The notes beneath the pieces are model-generated. The model had not been told where the DNA came from. It searched no databases and saw only the letters and a list, made by a program, of their open reading frames with translations. From a virus (lineage: Duplodnaviria > Caudoviricetes), in the IMG/VR virus record IMGVR_UViG_3300025640_000003, positions 1 to 55,283 of that record: a DNA stretch of 55,283 bases. One strand, written 5' to 3'. Position numbers and translations under genes: made by a program. This document shows, one piece after another, positions 38,648 through 47,308 of the stretch; position 1 is the first letter of the stretch; each line of letters starts with the position of its first letter.

Positions 38648-40269
38648 GCGCTTGCCTCCGCAATCCCAACATCGCCCAAATCCTCAGCCCATACACGCAG
38701 CTTGCCAATATTCCCCATGAAGGTAGGGGCAATGTCAAAGTCCGTAGTGGATAGGTCAGGCAGGGCTGTGGGTGTTGTGTTGGTTGTCAGGGATGTTCCG
38801 TCAACCGCTCCGTTGATGAAGGTAGAGCCGTGGCGGGATGCGATGTTGAACGGGACGTTTTGGCCGGGGGAGTATGCGGCACCGCTTACGCTGTCCGCAG
38901 TTGTACCATCTCTCTGCCAGAAAAACATTCTACCAATGTTTGACCCGTTAGTGGCCAACTGCTGCTGTATATATTCCCCGCCATTCACCCAGTCTACGAA
39001 TTTTATTTCGGCACCAAGATCGTTATCACTATACGTCATCGCACCATCCATCTGGATGCTTACGGCGGTTGTGTACGCAGGCATATCAGCAGCGGCGACA
39101 TCAAGTGTTTCGGCTGCACGGGTGACTTCCCCAGATGCGGCAAGGTTCGGGATATACGATGAAGGTGTAGACCCAACCTCAAGCTGGGCGTCGGTCACTG
39201 TTCCTGATACCGTAAGTGTCAGGCTTGCCGCCGTTGGTGTGAACGTCAAAGACACACGGTTTTCTTCACCCGTACCTGTGCCGACAAGAGGTCCAGATGT
39301 GGACGCACCTGAAAGCGTAACTGTTCCAGTTCCAGTGAAATGCAGCGTATGCGGTACGGCTGTCACGGTCTTGCTTTGCGTCACAAGAGCATTGGTTGTG
39401 TGCAGCAGTTGTGTCCGCGCTTCACTCTCAAGCAGCAAGCCTTTGTTCACCCACTCATCGCCGTTGTAGACGTGGTTGCCTACACGGGGGAGGTAACGTG
39501 CGCTGTCAGTCGTAGGAACGTAGCTGTTGCCCGTCGCAGGGTTATCCACCATGCCACCAAGGTCAGAGCGGTAGAGGTGTGGATTTCTAACATCAATTGC
39601 GCCATCACCAACTGTTACACGAAAGCGCCCATCATCCAACGTAACACCCGACACAGATATCAAATACCATCCGTCACCCATAGCTGTAGAAGTAACCGGG
39701 AGACCTGCTGCGTCCCCGTATGCCGAAATGACCGTTCCATCAGTCATATCAATCATAGTGTTCGTTCTTAAGGCTGTTCCGAAAGTATCAAAACCAATGT
39801 TGTTTGTTGTTGAGGGTCTTGCCTCTACTTCAAGTGTTCCGGTAGCCCCCGTTATTGTTGGGATACCGCCATAACGGTGCAAAAATGCACCGTTAAATAC
39901 ATCATCATCGCCCGTGATAGTGTAAGTCCCATCGCCGTTGTCAACGTAACCGTTCAGATTGGTTGTGGACCAGCCGTCAGCTACAGTGATTGAGGCGCTT
40001 TGAACCAGCAAATTATGCGGTGCCCACTTCAGCACCCCATCGCTATCCACCATCGTGGCGTTACCAGCACGGCTAAAGTTCAGCGCATCGTCAAACGTAG
40101 AGGCAGACCCACCAGTGCGGTAGTAATCCTCGATGAAGTCAAGAACGAGGGGTGGCTCAAGGCTGTTGATTGCGTATACTGAAAGTGCCCCAATAGCCTT
40201 TGGGAGTACTGCGAAGCCGGAGATACCTCTACTGAAGTTATCCCAAAGATATATTGAGTTTGTCATCAA
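38644..40269 (-). CDS. Head spike/fibre-like protein with beta-sandwich domains
   Basis: FSRAGNAT.VD.DG, NLL..S, GLLLESEART, QLEVG..PSSYIP...VTRAAE. Confidence 0.7.
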   Translation of the reverse strand: MMTNSIYLWDNFSRGISGFAVLPKAIGALSVYAINSLEPPLVLDFIEDYYRTGGSASTFDDALNFSRAGNATMVDSDGVLKWAPHNLLVQSASITVADGWSTTNLNGYVDNGDGTYTITGDDDVFNGAFLHRYGGIPTITGATGTLEVEARPSTTNNIGFDTFGTALRTNTMIDMTDGTVISAYGDAAGLPVTSTAMGDGWYLISVSGVTLDDGRFRVTVGDGAIDVRNPHLYRSDLGGMVDNPATGNSYVPTTDSARYLPRVGNHVYNGDEWVNKGLLLESEARTQLLHTTNALVTQSKTVTAVPHTLHFTGTGTVTLSGASTSGPLVGTGTGEENRVSLTFTPTAASLTLTVSGTVTDAQLEVGSTPSSYIPNLAASGEVTRAAETLDVAAADMPAYTTAVSIQMDGAMTYSDNDLGAEIKFVDWVNGGEYIQQQLATNGSNIGRMFFWQRDGTTADSVSGAAYSPGQNVPFNIASRHGSTFINGAVDGTSLTTNTTPTALPDLSTTDFDIAPTFMGNIGKLRVWAEDLGDVGIAEASA

Positions 40270-40509
40270 TTATACGCCTACAGAAAAGACAGCGCCAGCA
40301 CCCTGAGGGAAAGATACACTTACAGTCTTATCTGTGCCAATGACAGCAACAGACCCAACAGGTACAGCAATACCATCAGCAAGGTCAAGGCTCCCAGTGG
40401 CTACAGTTGTAAGGTACATGACGGTACCACCACGGTTTTGAAAAGCTGTATCTTCTGTCGTAGTTGCAACTTCAGTCCAAACAGCTGCTGGTACGTTTGT
40501 GATAGCCAT
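40270..40509 (-). CDS. Small structural hypothetical protein
   Basis: 79 aa with AAGGA RBS. Confidence 0.7.
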   Translation of the reverse strand: MAITNVPAAVWTEVATTTEDTAFQNRGGTVMYLTTVATGSLDLADGIAVPVGSVAVIGTDKTVSVSFPQGAGAVFSVGV

Positions 40510-40700
40510 TGTTTAGTTCCTTTAATTTTAAATAGTTTGTTAAGAGACCTTGATGGTTACTTCAACTACAGTAGAGCTAGAGATGGCAGGAGATTGAGGG
40601 TAAGTGTATATTGCCACCTAATTCACCACTTCTTCCCATTTAGGGTCAATTTTCATGTTAATTTACCATTTTTCACGATTAGTGTAACGCTTTGTTCTTG

Positions 40701-40994
40701 CTACCACTTACTTTTATTGGACCAATACGCAGCACTCATCTTACCTTTAGCGATGTTTTTACTGTGTCTGGCTTTAAAACTTGCACGTTTCTTTTTCATC
40801 TTGTCTGATTCACCAGCTTTAGGTTTACCAGCAGTCTTTGCACCTTGCTCTCCAAAGCGGATCGTCTTAATCTTTCCATTTTCTTTAGCGACAACAATGT
40901 GAGACTTCTTAGGGTGATTAGGTGTACGCTTTGGCTTATTGTAACCACTCACACCAGCACGGGCTAGACGAGGGTCTTTCTTGGATTCAGCCAT
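40701..40994 (-). CDS. Small basic conserved phage protein
   Basis: GYNKPKRTP.HPKKSH.V, IRFGEQG, SFKARH, AAYWS..KW. Confidence 0.8.
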   Translation of the reverse strand: MAESKKDPRLARAGVSGYNKPKRTPNHPKKSHIVVAKENGKIKTIRFGEQGAKTAGKPKAGESDKMKKKRASFKARHSKNIAKGKMSAAYWSNKSKW

Positions 40995-41257
40995 TACTTT
41001 TTACCTGCTTTGGAGTTTCTGGGGAAAGACCTGTTAATCTTCTTACTGACAACTCTTAGGTTCTTTTTAGAGTTGTCCTTAGGGTTTCCATTCTTATGGT
41101 CAACGTCTTTTCCGTCACCCTTACGGACTTTACCAGCAGCTTCCATCTTTCGCCTAGCAGCCTTACGAGCATCATTACGCTTGCGCTGGGCAGGGGTGCC
41201 TTGGTAGTTCTTATACTCTTTTTTTAAATCACGTGGCACTGAACCAACCTCTAACAT
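40994..41257 (-). CDS. Minimal basic HNH-like protein
   Basis: GDGKDVDHKNGNPKDNSKKNLRV....NR. Confidence 0.7.
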   Translation of the reverse strand: MLEVGSVPRDLKKEYKNYQGTPAQRKRNDARKAARRKMEAAGKVRKGDGKDVDHKNGNPKDNSKKNLRVVSKKINRSFPRNSKAGKK

Positions 41258-41645
41258 TTCTACCTATTTCACTAGGACTTGGAAACAACCAACCGACGAC
41301 AAGAAGTAGGATAACCCATACAGGTACTTCATTTACAACCACAGTCTGGACTTCAGTGGCATTAACTTTGTTAGTCTGACCTTGAGAGGTATTAACCTTT
41401 TCCGCTGTCGTAGTCTGAGTCCCGAAGTCCTGCACGGTCGATGTGCCAATGGTCTGGTTGTTCTGTTGACCTAGTTGGGTGTTCGCTGCTACGTTGGTTC
41501 CGCCCCCGGGAAGAAGTGAAAGTGGGGACATTCCGCATCCCGTTGTTGTTAGAATAAACATCAAGGCCAAAGGCCAAACCAACAAACGAGAAAATAGGCC
41601 AAACCAAGACCTCAACCATGCTAACATCATCTGTGTATACAACAT
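41229..41645 (-). CDS. Putative unimolecular spanin (start uncertain)
   Basis: Hydrophobic signal ending TTG|C, polar linker, C-terminal TM VWVILLLVVGWLFPSP; inside the lysis cassette. Confidence 0.65.
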   Translation of the reverse strand: MLYTQMMLAWLRSWFGLFSRLLVWPLALMFILTTTGCGMSPLSLLPGGGTNVAANTQLGQQNNQTIGTSTVQDFGTQTTTAEKVNTSQGQTNKVNATEVQTVVVNEVPVWVILLLVVGWLFPSPSEIGRNVRGWFSAT

Positions 41646-41706
41646 AGCTAAGTCCTAACAAGAGTAAAGCAGCGGTCTCTCTTTTAAAGGTTTTAGGCTT
41701 ACTCAT
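41392..41706 (-). CDS. Putative holin
   Basis: Two hydrophobic segments; lysis-cassette position. Confidence 0.5.
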   Translation of the reverse strand: MSKPKTFKRETAALLLLGLSYVVYTDDVSMVEVLVWPIFSFVGLAFGLDVYSNNNGMRNVPTFTSSRGRNQRSSEHPTRSTEQPDHWHIDRAGLRDSDYDSGKG

Positions 41707-41975
41707 CTACTTGTCTGTGCTCTAACAAGGTTTTCTATCATACTACGAATGGCTTGAATATTCTCATCCATACGAGCTGCAGAAACTGCCTGACTTTGAA
41801 CTGCTGTCTCAAGTGATTGAATACGTGTCTCGTGTCTTACCAGCTCTTTTGAGTTAGCTTCTACAGACCCATTAAGTCCGGAGATAAACCAAACAAGAGC
41901 GACAGTCTGCATTAAAATAGCAAAAATAAAACTAATAGGGACAGACTTACTTAGGTGCCAAGGTTCGTTACTCAT
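41703..41975 (-). CDS. Membrane-anchored coiled-coil lysis-cassette protein
   Basis: WHLSKSVP, one TM segment and a coiled coil. Confidence 0.65.
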   Translation of the reverse strand: MSNEPWHLSKSVPISFIFAILMQTVALVWFISGLNGSVEANSKELVRHETRIQSLETAVQSQAVSAARMDENIQAIRSMIENLVRAQTSR

Positions 41976-42370
41976 TTAGGGTACTTCTCTAAGTTTAATT
42001 GGAAGTCTTCTGAAGCGCCTTTAGCTACGTTAAGTACCCCGGCTAATAGTTGAAGATTTTTAGTATCGTGTTCCCCACCCTTAGAAAGTGGTTTTATGTG
42101 ATCCACGTGCATTTCTACACCAGTAATCTTTGATAGTTTTTGTGCCAAGTTGTACATACATATGACTCCCTCCCTATCATAATTATCATACTCTGCTTTT
42201 TTAACCTTTAACTCTTTGTTCCCTGAGAGTTTACTGTGGTACCTAGCAAGATTAGTTTTTGCTTGGCAGGGTTTGCAATCAGACTGCACTCCAGATTTTG
42301 CCGTAGAGTTTTTGTAAAAATCTGTTTCTTCTTTTAGTTCTTTACAGAGCCTGCATCTAATCATAACCAT
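41972..42370 (-). CDS. HNH endonuclease
   Basis: MHVDHIKPLSKGGEHDTKNLQLL....N..K; N-terminal Zn ribbon. Confidence 0.88.
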   Translation of the reverse strand: MVMIRCRLCKELKEETDFYKNSTAKSGVQSDCKPCQAKTNLARYHSKLSGNKELKVKKAEYDNYDREGVICMYNLAQKLSKITGVEMHVDHIKPLSKGGEHDTKNLQLLAGVLNVAKGASEDFQLNLEKYPK

Positions 42371-42800
42371 AACCCCTTGGAAGCTCTAGGTGTGGAGCAT
42401 CTGGAAAGTTCCCAGTGTAGTCTTGGTTGATAGAGTAAGCACTACCCTGAGAGGTACGCAAGTCGTTAATACGCCAGTTGCCACCCCATCTTAAAGGGAC
42501 ACCAAGTTCTTTGCAAGCAACAATCATAGCATCAGCAATAGGGTAAAAGTAATCCCAGTCCCAAGAAACAGGATAAGGAACTAGATCAACAGCATGGCCA
42601 GTAAGGTGCCTAGAGTTCATTGTGGTGCTCTTACCTTTAGCCACCAACTCTCTTTGTCGATCTACTGTACGAAGTCCTTCAATGACAGAGAAGTCTTGAT
42701 CAGTGACCTGAATAGCACGTCTCACAACAGCCACCAAGTCAGGGTGAACCCCTTCAAGTTTGCTTAAGCTTCTGTTCCCAAGGTTGAACATTCTTCCCAA
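42357..42800 (-). CDS. Endolysin, M15-family peptidase
   Basis: LEGVHPDL, EGLRTVDRQ, SRHLTGHAVD, WGGNW, DAPHLE. Confidence 0.9.
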   Translation of the reverse strand: MGRMFNLGNRSLSKLEGVHPDLVAVVRRAIQVTDQDFSVIEGLRTVDRQRELVAKGKSTTMNSRHLTGHAVDLVPYPVSWDWDYFYPIADAMIVACKELGVPLRWGGNWRINDLRTSQGSAYSINQDYTGNFPDAPHLELPRGYGYD

Positions 42801-43033
42801 TCTCTTGTCGTATTTGGTTCAAAGACATCAGAAGCCCTAAGGTGCCCTTCAAGGAACATAGCCCTCTCTACATGGTCCAGAGAGTATTTCACCCCAGTGT
42901 CTTGGTAGATAGCTTCTCTAACATAAAAAACATCAGAACGAGGTATGTGAATACGCCTAAGTGCCCTGTCGTTACCTGAGGCTAGGGCCTTGTAGAACTC
43001 TTCGATCACATCGTCACTGATGTAGTATTTCAT
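42764..43033 (-). CDS. Conserved hypothetical protein, first gene of the leftward operon
   Basis: 89 aa directly after the promoter. Confidence 0.75.
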   Translation of the reverse strand: MKYYISDDVIEEFYKALASGNDRALRRIHIPRSDVFYVREAIYQDTGVKYSLDHVERAMFLEGHLRASDVFEPNTTRDWEECSTLGTEA

Positions 43034-43043
43034 ATTGTTGTCC

Positions 43044-43073
43044 TAGTTATATCTTTAGGCTCCTTGATGTCAA
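43044..43073 (-). promoter_or_regulatory. Promoter TTGACA-N16-TATAACTA for the lysis/structural arm
   Basis: Recurrent motif. Confidence 0.75.
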
Positions 43074-44738
43074 GGTAAACCTTGTTAAGGGGACGACAAA
43101 AAATAATTTTACCTCCTCCTCTTGAAAAATTTGTTCTTAGTCCTAAATAAATACATTATGGTATACATAGAGTGCACTCTATGGTACATAATGGTTATAC
43201 TTTAAGAATTATAACTCTATAAAAGAAATAATAATATACTTAAGTAATACCTTAAGGTTACTTAAAGGTACATTAAGTACCTACACGATGAGATACATAA
43301 TGGACATCCTCAAGGACTGACTAACGAAGTTCATCGTAGTAGTTACTTAAGCAGGACTACGTCCTATTTTAATACTTATGCCCGCCCCTGTCAAGAGCTG
43401 ATGGGGGTTTTTTATTTTATTTATAGTTTTTATAGACCTGAATCAATTCTACAGTTAGTAACACCTCCCTAAACCTACCTGTATCCTCTCAGAGGCGCTG
43501 TAAGGGGGTCTAGAAGCTCATCTTAGTGTATTGGTAGGTAAGGGTAGCCTACAGCCCCTAGAGGCTCTCTAAGGCCCCTCACAGCTTCTTAAACAAAGAC
43601 AGTCCCCAAAACGAGTGATCAGTGTGGTTTCCTTATAGGGACGTGTCCCTTTAAGCATCTGCCCCTTGTTTATCTTAAGTAGTTAACACCTTTAAAAACC
43701 TCCCCGCTGTCAAGAGTGGTATATAACGTACGGTACCACCCCCCCTGTCCCATGCACCCCCTTAGTTATATGGGAAATATAGCTTTGATCCTTGGCTGTC
43801 GTCAAAACGTAGGGGAATCTCTATGCTATCCCGTTGATATCATTAGGTTTAATATAGAATAGATCATTCAGATGTCCAAAAAGAGGTTCACCGATTGAAC
43901 AAATATGAACACCATTCACAAAAGTAGGTAAGTTATGCATACCTATCCCATACCTTAGGAAAACAGTAAGGATTATACCTGATCAAAACACTAGGGAATC
44001 CATTTTGTTTTGTATATAGATCACACACGACGCGCGCGGGTTCTTATACTCAAAAAAGGGACAACACATTCCAAAACATAAATATCAAAAACATTATTCA
44101 ATAAAAACAAACACTTAGATAATCCTATTAGATAACCTATTGAAAACATTAGAAAACTTTTCTATTGCAATCGGATTCGTTATCGGGCTAAAACTTATTC
44201 ATCGAAAGCGACAAGGCAACGAAGCACAAGGTTAAGACCTAGCACGATGCCAGCGTCCTTAAGACAAGTCCGGTGAAAGGCCCGACAAGTTTATTGTTGA
44301 CAAGGGTTTGCGAGTGTGCAAGTCTGAATGTGTAGAGAGTTACTTGGTTACGGTATAGGCTAAATTTGTGTCATACAGGGGCGTTTGTTCACCTGTAAAC
44401 GGATAAAGCTTGCCACGCTGTTTATCATCGTTGTTTAGTCTGCATGGATAGGTGTAAGCCGATCATTCCCTAAGCGCAGAGTTTATGGTCCCTAACCAAT
44501 GGGATGCTGGCTCTACCGTTATGTCCTTAGTGTGAGGATGCAGACTTATCTGTAGCACTACACCCGCTCTACCATTGTGTCCTATATACCACACTTGGGT
44601 GTCTAAAATAAAAGTTTACTGAGCCTAGGTAGACGGGCTATGCGAAATTGAGATGCCCTAGATGTGTGGATGTGATGCACCTATAGCACACGTGTGTGTG
44701 TTATAATGTCTCACATTATCAAAGCAAGGGTGAATGAT
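43074..44738. other. 1.7-kb non-coding divergence region (candidate physical genome ends / origin / early promoters)
   Basis: No ORF of 60 aa or more until 44694; AT-rich palindromes, inverted repeats and several TTGACA boxes; transcription diverges here. Confidence 0.6.
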
Positions 44739-45272
44739 ATGACTAAAACCGTAGAACGTGATCTGGTGGCCTCATGGATGGGGTCTGTGCGTGGGTCTGA
44801 GTATGGCTTTCTGAAAGCCGTGGTGTATGCCTTGGAACAATTCGAACACAAGAATAATAAGCCGTTGACTGCAATGGTGGCTATCTGTAATGGTAAGCAA
44901 TTCACAGGGTATAAGATTGTGGATGGTGATCGTCTGCCCTATGCTGCACCCTTGAAGCGGATACTTGCACAAGCGTTGTCGGGGTGTGAGTTGCGTCTTA
45001 AAGATGGTAAGGCCAAGTGGAAAGTGTCTGACAATGGTGGTGTGAACCGTGATATTCTTGATGGCTTGCGTGTTCTTGTGTCCAATGACAAGTCGTGTTC
45101 TGTGCGGTCTACTGCCTTTAAAGAAATGTTCCCTGTGGTCAAGAAAGCACCCACTAAGCCTGTGGTAGAGCTTGCCCAATCACGTGCTGCATCCTTACGT
45201 AAGTGGTGTGCTGAGAATGGTTTTGACCGTAAGACTATGGCTGCTATGTTGCTGAATGAGCCAAGCCACTAA
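44739..45272 (+). CDS. Early hypothetical protein
   Basis: AAGGGTG RBS before ATG 44739. Confidence 0.75.
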   Translation: MTKTVERDLVASWMGSVRGSEYGFLKAVVYALEQFEHKNNKPLTAMVAICNGKQFTGYKIVDGDRLPYAAPLKRILAQALSGCELRLKDGKAKWKVSDNGGVNRDILDGLRVLVSNDKSCSVRSTAFKEMFPVVKKAPTKPVVELAQSRAASLRKWCAENGFDRKTMAAMLLNEPSH

Positions 45273-45293
45273 ACACGAGTGAGGATTAGAACT

Positions 45294-45494
45294 ATGTGGA
45301 AGCAAGAGTATGTAGAACGTGCGGTGTCTATCTCGTGTATGGAATGGGATAGCTTGGAACGTGGTAAGGCGTGGGATGACCTACAAGATGATATCCTTGG
45401 CAAGTTGTCTTTGGAGGAGTGTGCCGCTTTAGATCAATACTGTGAGTCTGTGCCGTCTATTGGTGCAATGATGATTCGCTTAATTATGCCGTGA
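45294..45494 (+). CDS. Early hypothetical protein
   Basis: GAGGA RBS; ATG 45294. Confidence 0.65.
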   Translation: MWKQEYVERAVSISCMEWDSLERGKAWDDLQDDILGKLSLEECAALDQYCESVPSIGAMMIRLIMP

Positions 45495-45506
45495 AAGGAT
45501 GAAACT

Positions 45507-45602
45507 ATGTGGAAAGAAATCTTAACTGACCTTGTGTGTGTCTTGTGTATTGCCATTATTACATGGGGCTTTCTTGTCATCGGATATGGGATGGGGTTGT
45601 GA
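45507..45602 (+). CDS. 31-aa membrane peptide (not in ORF track)
   Basis: MWKEILTDLVCVLCIAIITWGFLVIGYGMGL; AAGGA RBS; TGATG coupling to the next gene. Confidence 0.55.
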   Translation: MWKEILTDLVCVLCIAIITWGFLVIGYGMGL

Positions 45603-45856
45603 TGAAAACGTATACGATTGAGAAACGTGATAGGATTCTTGTACCTACCTCTGGGTCACAACGCAGGTGTTACAATGGGTGCTTTCCGTCCAGCGATTGG
45701 GAACACGGTTGGTCTGCTTGGGACTGGCTCAACTTGAATGTGCCTGAAGATGCAGTAACGGCTAAACTTACATTCTGGAGAGAGTTGACAGAATACTCTT
45801 TGTCTGTAGGCGGTAAAACTGTCTCTGAGTATCGTGCCGTAGAAAATGAAAGTTAG
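45602..45856 (+). CDS. Early hypothetical protein
   Basis: QRRCYNGCF...W..W; coupled start. Confidence 0.7.
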   Translation: MKTYTIEKRDRILVPTSGSQRRCYNGCFPSSDWEHGWSAWDWLNLNVPEDAVTAKLTFWRELTEYSLSVGGKTVSEYRAVENES

Positions 45857-45900
45857 TACTATGGACATGATCGAATATGAAGCACAAGGAGATGTGTAAG

Positions 45901-46431
45901 ATGATTGTTTCAGGTTATAAGATTGAGCCTAATGCTCACCTTAGGGGTGCTGAACTTAGGTATGCTCACCTTAGGGGTGCTGAACTTAGGTATGCTAACC
46001 TTAGGGGTGCTAACCTTAGGGATGCTAACCTTAGGGATGCTGACATTAGGGATGCTGACCTTAGGTATGCTGACCTTAGGGATGCTGACCTTAGGTATGC
46101 TGACCTTAGGGGTGCTAGACTCCCACACTTTCAAATTTGCCCTCAGGAGGGTTCTTTCTGTGGGTATAAGAAAACCACCTTAGGTGTCGTAAGATTACTT
46201 ATCCCAAAAGGTGCAAAAAGGACTAACAGTCTTGTGGGTCGTAAGTGTAGGGCCTCTGAGGTTTTTGTGTTGGATGGGGAAGGTTTAGGGGGTACAGGCA
46301 CTCACTACTCTGGTATTACCTATGACAGAGGATTTATACTCTGTAAAACCTATGATGGGGACATTCGTGTGGAGTGTACCCAAGGTATCCACTTCTTTAT
46401 GACCCGTGAAGAAGCCGAAGAGTGGTCTTAA
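45901..46431 (+). CDS. Pentapeptide-repeat protein with a C-terminal DUF5758-like domain
   Basis: 12 A(D/N/H/E)LRx repeats; GRKCRAS, ECTQGIHFFMTREEA. Confidence 0.88.
   Translation: MIVSGYKIEPNAHLRGAELRYAHLRGAELRYANLRGANLRDANLRDADIRDADLRYADLRDADLRYADLRGARLPHFQICPQEGSFCGYKKTTLGVVRLLIPKGAKRTNSLVGRKCRASEVFVLDGEGLGGTGTHYSGITYDRGFILCKTYDGDIRVECTQGIHFFMTREEAEEWS
45934..46113. repeat. 15-bp tandem repeat, 12 copies (coding)
   Basis: GCT(G/A/C)A(C/A)CTTAGG(GA/TA/GG)T units. Confidence 0.9.
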
Positions 46432-46457
46432 CTTAGAGAAGCACAAGGAGATGTGTA

Positions 46458-46868
46458 ATGCAGTTCGTAATTTTTTCAATCGACAATGTGGATAACCTTC
46501 ACACCCTGTCAAAGTTCCTACGTCATATGGATACTATGCGGGCTATGGGTAAACTCAAAGGTTCCTTCCGCCCAATGGTGGGTAGCTACAAGGGTGTGTT
46601 GGAGTATGCCTTTGGGTGTCGTAAAGAGGACTTTGACGCTCATGTGCAGGGCTTTGGGTTCATCGACAATCAAGAGAGTGTGTTGGAGTTGACTGTCACT
46701 AATAACGGTCGTACTGCACCACGTACACTAGCCAAGTTGGTGTATTCTAGCGGTGATGTGGTGTCCTTGGGTAACTTCAAGGAGGTGACAAAGGGTGTGG
46801 CTATGGGTCTGGATGCTTGGACCTATGACCCTAAAGTTGATGTGTATTTTGCAGCGGAAGGAGAATAG
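46458..46868 (+). CDS. Hypothetical protein, possibly T3-like SAM-lyase-related
   Basis: GSYKG..E, NQESVL, DAWTYDP; family assignment tentative. Confidence 0.5.
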   Translation: MQFVIFSIDNVDNLHTLSKFLRHMDTMRAMGKLKGSFRPMVGSYKGVLEYAFGCRKEDFDAHVQGFGFIDNQESVLELTVTNNGRTAPRTLAKLVYSSGDVVSLGNFKEVTKGVAMGLDAWTYDPKVDVYFAAEGE

Positions 46869-46870
46869 TT

Positions 46871-47308
46871 ATGATCACTTATGAGCTTTTGGAGTCTCGT
46901 GGTGCTTGTGAGGGCCAAGTCAAGTTGTTTCGTGATACATTCCCAGAGGGTGTGGAGGTTTCAGTCGATCTTTGTGTAAAGTATGCAAGTAGGTTTGATT
47001 TTAACTGGGCTGGGTATGAATTACTGAAAGATACTGAGGCTTATAGGGATGCTAGGGCACCCTTGTGGAAGGCTTATGAGGATGCTAAGGCACCCTTGTG
47101 GAAGGCTTATGAGGATGCTAAGGCACCCTTGTGGAAGGCTTATGAGGATGCTGAGGCACCCTTGTGGAAGGCTTATGAGGATGCTGAGGCACCCTTGTGG
47201 AAGGCTTATGAGGATGCTAGGGCACCCTTGTTGAAGGCTTATAGGGAGGGTCTTGCAAAGGTTTTTGCTGAAATGTATCTAGAGGAGAATAGTTATGATC
47301 AAGTATGA
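46871..47308 (+). CDS. Protein with 11-aa helical repeats
   Basis: L..RGAC..QV.LF...FP.G N-terminus; AYEDAKAPLWK x6. Confidence 0.8.
   Translation: MITYELLESRGACEGQVKLFRDTFPEGVEVSVDLCVKYASRFDFNWAGYELLKDTEAYRDARAPLWKAYEDAKAPLWKAYEDAKAPLWKAYEDAEAPLWKAYEDAEAPLWKAYEDARAPLLKAYREGLAKVFAEMYLEENSYDQV
47039..47247. repeat. 33-bp tandem repeat, 6 copies plus a partial (coding)
   Basis: GCTTATGAGGATGCTAAGGCACCCTTGTGGAAG units with few substitutions. Confidence 0.92.

Noticed and set aside
38360-39469. 369-aa plus-strand ORF antisense to the fibre genes
   Set aside because: Low-information S/V/A/P-rich translation in a GC-rich region, with no recognisable domain
44200-44290. Small self-cleaving ribozyme near the early promoters
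   Set aside because: A GAAA-containing hairpin is present, but no complete hammerhead or other ribozyme core could be identified
45905-46183. Alternative-frame ORFs (MLTLG and KVSIP repeats)
   Set aside because: By-products of the 15-bp pentapeptide repeat
47039-47247. 33-bp repeats as a CRISPR array
   Set aside because: Repeats are contiguous with no spacers, in frame within a CDS, and there is no cas operon
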